From Candidatus Bipolaricaulia bacterium (GTDB lineage: Bacteria > Bipolaricaulota > Bipolaricaulia > RBG-16-55-9), in contig JBDGQO010000034.1 of assembly GCA_042219045.1 (NCBI GenBank), positions 1-14,910 on the forward strand: a DNA stretch of 14,910 nt. Reading direction: 5' to 3'. The notes beneath the pieces were generated by a model. It did not search any database, was not told the DNA's origin, and saw nothing but the letters and a program-made list of their open reading frames with translations. Shown piece by piece: positions 13,400 to 14,910 of this stretch. Position 1 is the first letter of the stretch. Each line of letters starts with the position of its first letter. Position numbers and translations under genes: made by a program.

Positions 13400-14910
13400 T
13401 TATCGAGATGCCTCCGTTGACGCGTCCTCGGTGAGCGCGGATCTCAGGAAGCCAAGCGCCTTCGGCCAATGGTCGGCGGAGGCCTCGGCCACCCCCTCGC
13501 GGGTTCCGCCGAAGTTCAGGCCGCGCAGCTCCGCCGGGTCGTTGTCGAGCGACGCCTGCGTTCCGATCGTCAGATACGGGATGGGGAACCAGTGGCCCGC
13601 CTCGTCGTAGACGAGGTGGCGAAACTTGTCGGGATGATCGTGCTGCGCCAGGCGCTCGAGCGCGATCTCGCTCAGCTCGACCGAGTCCCAGAAGCCATCG
13701 TCTCGACCCGAGATCAGCAGCACCGGCCCGTCGATCCGCTCGACGCGGATCGTGGCCTCGGCCAGCTCCTCGTCCGTGACGTGCGAGGGATCGTACAACG
13801 AGGTCGGCGAGCCCCGGTTGTACGGCACATAGGGCACAGGGTCCCCTTGGTAGGTCCAAGACGAGCCCCGCGTTCGCCTCGAGACGCCTTGCCACACGAC
13901 GCCGCTGCCCGAGACGCTGACGACGGCGCCGACCAGGTCGAAGTGGCTGCCGGCCAGCAGCGCGAGTTCGGCGCCCTTTGAGCTGCCCCACAACCCGACC
14001 TGATCGCCGGCGGCGCGCTCGTGCTGGCGAAGCCATTCGCCGGCCCGCTTCACGGATTCGATCGGCACGCGAACCAGCTCGTCCGGAATCGAGCGCGGCT
14101 CGCCGAAGTAATGGAGCGCCAGGGCGAGAAAGCCGCGAGATGCCAGCATGCCGGCCGTCCATCGAGCCGGACGCCCGCCGCTGCCGTGCAGCAGCACGAC
14201 CGCCGGCCATGGCCCTTCGCCGGGCGGCTCGTAGAGCGTGCCGACCACCCCGTCTGCCTCCACATCAGACGCCGACACCTTCGGATCGCCCCATTGGCGT
14301 TGGACGGCGGTCTCGTCCAGCGTCGTGCCCGCTCGTCGGACGGCCATCCGCAGCTGCCACGCCTCGCCCACGCCCTCAATCGGCGGAAAGAACACCCCAT
14401 TCGCCTCGTCGCTGACCGGCGCCATCAGCTGGATCAGGCGCATCATCTCCTCGGGCCCCAACTCCGCCTGATGGTCGCTCACGTCGAGTTGGACCTCGTT
14501 GGCCCAGCGTTCTTCCTCGTAGCTGGCGGACGAGAGATGGAGCGTGAGCTCATCGGAGGCCGGAAGCCCCTTGACCGTCAGCCCGAACCGCTCGTCCACC
14601 TGGACCGACGGCGGGTGCTCGAACGTCAGGCCGTCGGCGTCCACGGACGCCGTCTGCGGGCCGAACGCGACCGTGTGCGTGCCGTAGTGGACGGTCAGCT
14701 CGATGGACGTCTCCACCGTCTCGCCGGCCGGCACGACGATCTCCTCGCGGGAATCGTCGTCAACGTAGAGCGTGGCCGTCCCCTCGGCGCCGCCGTCATT
14801 GGTCACCCCAAGCTGGGCCGTGACCGACAGAGGCGCATCTTTGCCCTGGGGCTTGACCTCCAGGTCAAACTCGGTCAGCTCCGGCTCGCCGCTTAGCGAG
14901 CCACATCCAG
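13400..14910 (-). CDS. BAAT/acyl-CoA thioesterase-like alpha/beta serine hydrolase with an N-terminal Ig/CARDB-like domain; 5'-truncated by the window edge, probable lipoprotein
   Basis: HGSGG oxyanion region, GSSKG nucleophile elbow, SGRDD (Asp) and EAGH (His). The frame stays open from the GTG at 14806 to the window end (GCGSLSGEPELTEFDLEVKPQ...). Confidence 0.85.
   Translation of the reverse strand, partial: GCGSLSGEPELTEFDLEVKPQGKDAPLSVTAQLGVTNDGGAEGTATLYVDDDSREEIVVPAGETVETSIELTVHYGTHTVAFGPQTASVDADGLTFEHPPSVQVDERFGLTVKGLPASDELTLHLSSASYEEERWANEVQLDVSDHQAELGPEEMMRLIQLMAPVSDEANGVFFPPIEGVGEAWQLRMAVRRAGTTLDETAVQRQWGDPKVSASDVEADGVVGTLYEPPGEGPWPAVVLLHGSGGRPARWTAGMLASRGFLALALHYFGEPRSIPDELVRVPIESVKRAGEWLRQHERAAGDQVGLWGSSKGAELALLAGSHFDLVGAVVSVSGSGVVWQGVSRRTRGSSWTYQGDPVPYVPYNRGSPTSLYDPSHVTDEELAEATIRVERIDGPVLLISGRDDGFWDSVELSEIALERLAQHDHPDKFRHLVYDEAGHWFPIPYLTIGTQASLDNDPAELRGLNFGGTREGVAEASADHWPKALGFLRSALTEDASTEASR

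Noticed and set aside
12888..14210. 440-aa - strand Arg-rich ORF
   Set aside because: Alternative frame of the hydrolase and antisense to 19-heme paralog B; composition typical of off-frame GC-rich DNA.

Overview
High-GC bacterial respiratory island with about 62 predicted c-type heme sites in five proteins. It has two + strand operons. Operon 1 (1479-6038) encodes a Tat-exported Rieske protein, a split cytochrome b6-type cytochrome b, a subunit IV fused to a 9-heme cytochrome c, and a NapC/NrfH-anchored 19-heme cytochrome. Operon 2 (~7908-13370) encodes two tandem pairs of multiheme cytochrome c plus FdnI-like cytochrome b (6 and 9 hemes; resembling Geobacter CbcAB or a split CbcL), then a second 19-heme cytochrome that is collinear heme-by-heme with the first. 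Between the operons are two convergent Crp/Fnr regulators with the same ETAIR recognition helix. Three intergenic regions, serving five predicted promoters, hold 11 perfect TGA-N6-TCA palindromes in five clusters with an exact 22-bp pitch. A divergent DoxX-family gene and a Tat-exported protein ending in an intrinsic terminator lie on the left. A truncated, probably lipoprotein, BAAT-type serine hydrolase lies on the right. I saw no RNA genes, CRISPR arrays or mobile elements. Family assignments rest on motifs read by eye, not database searches.
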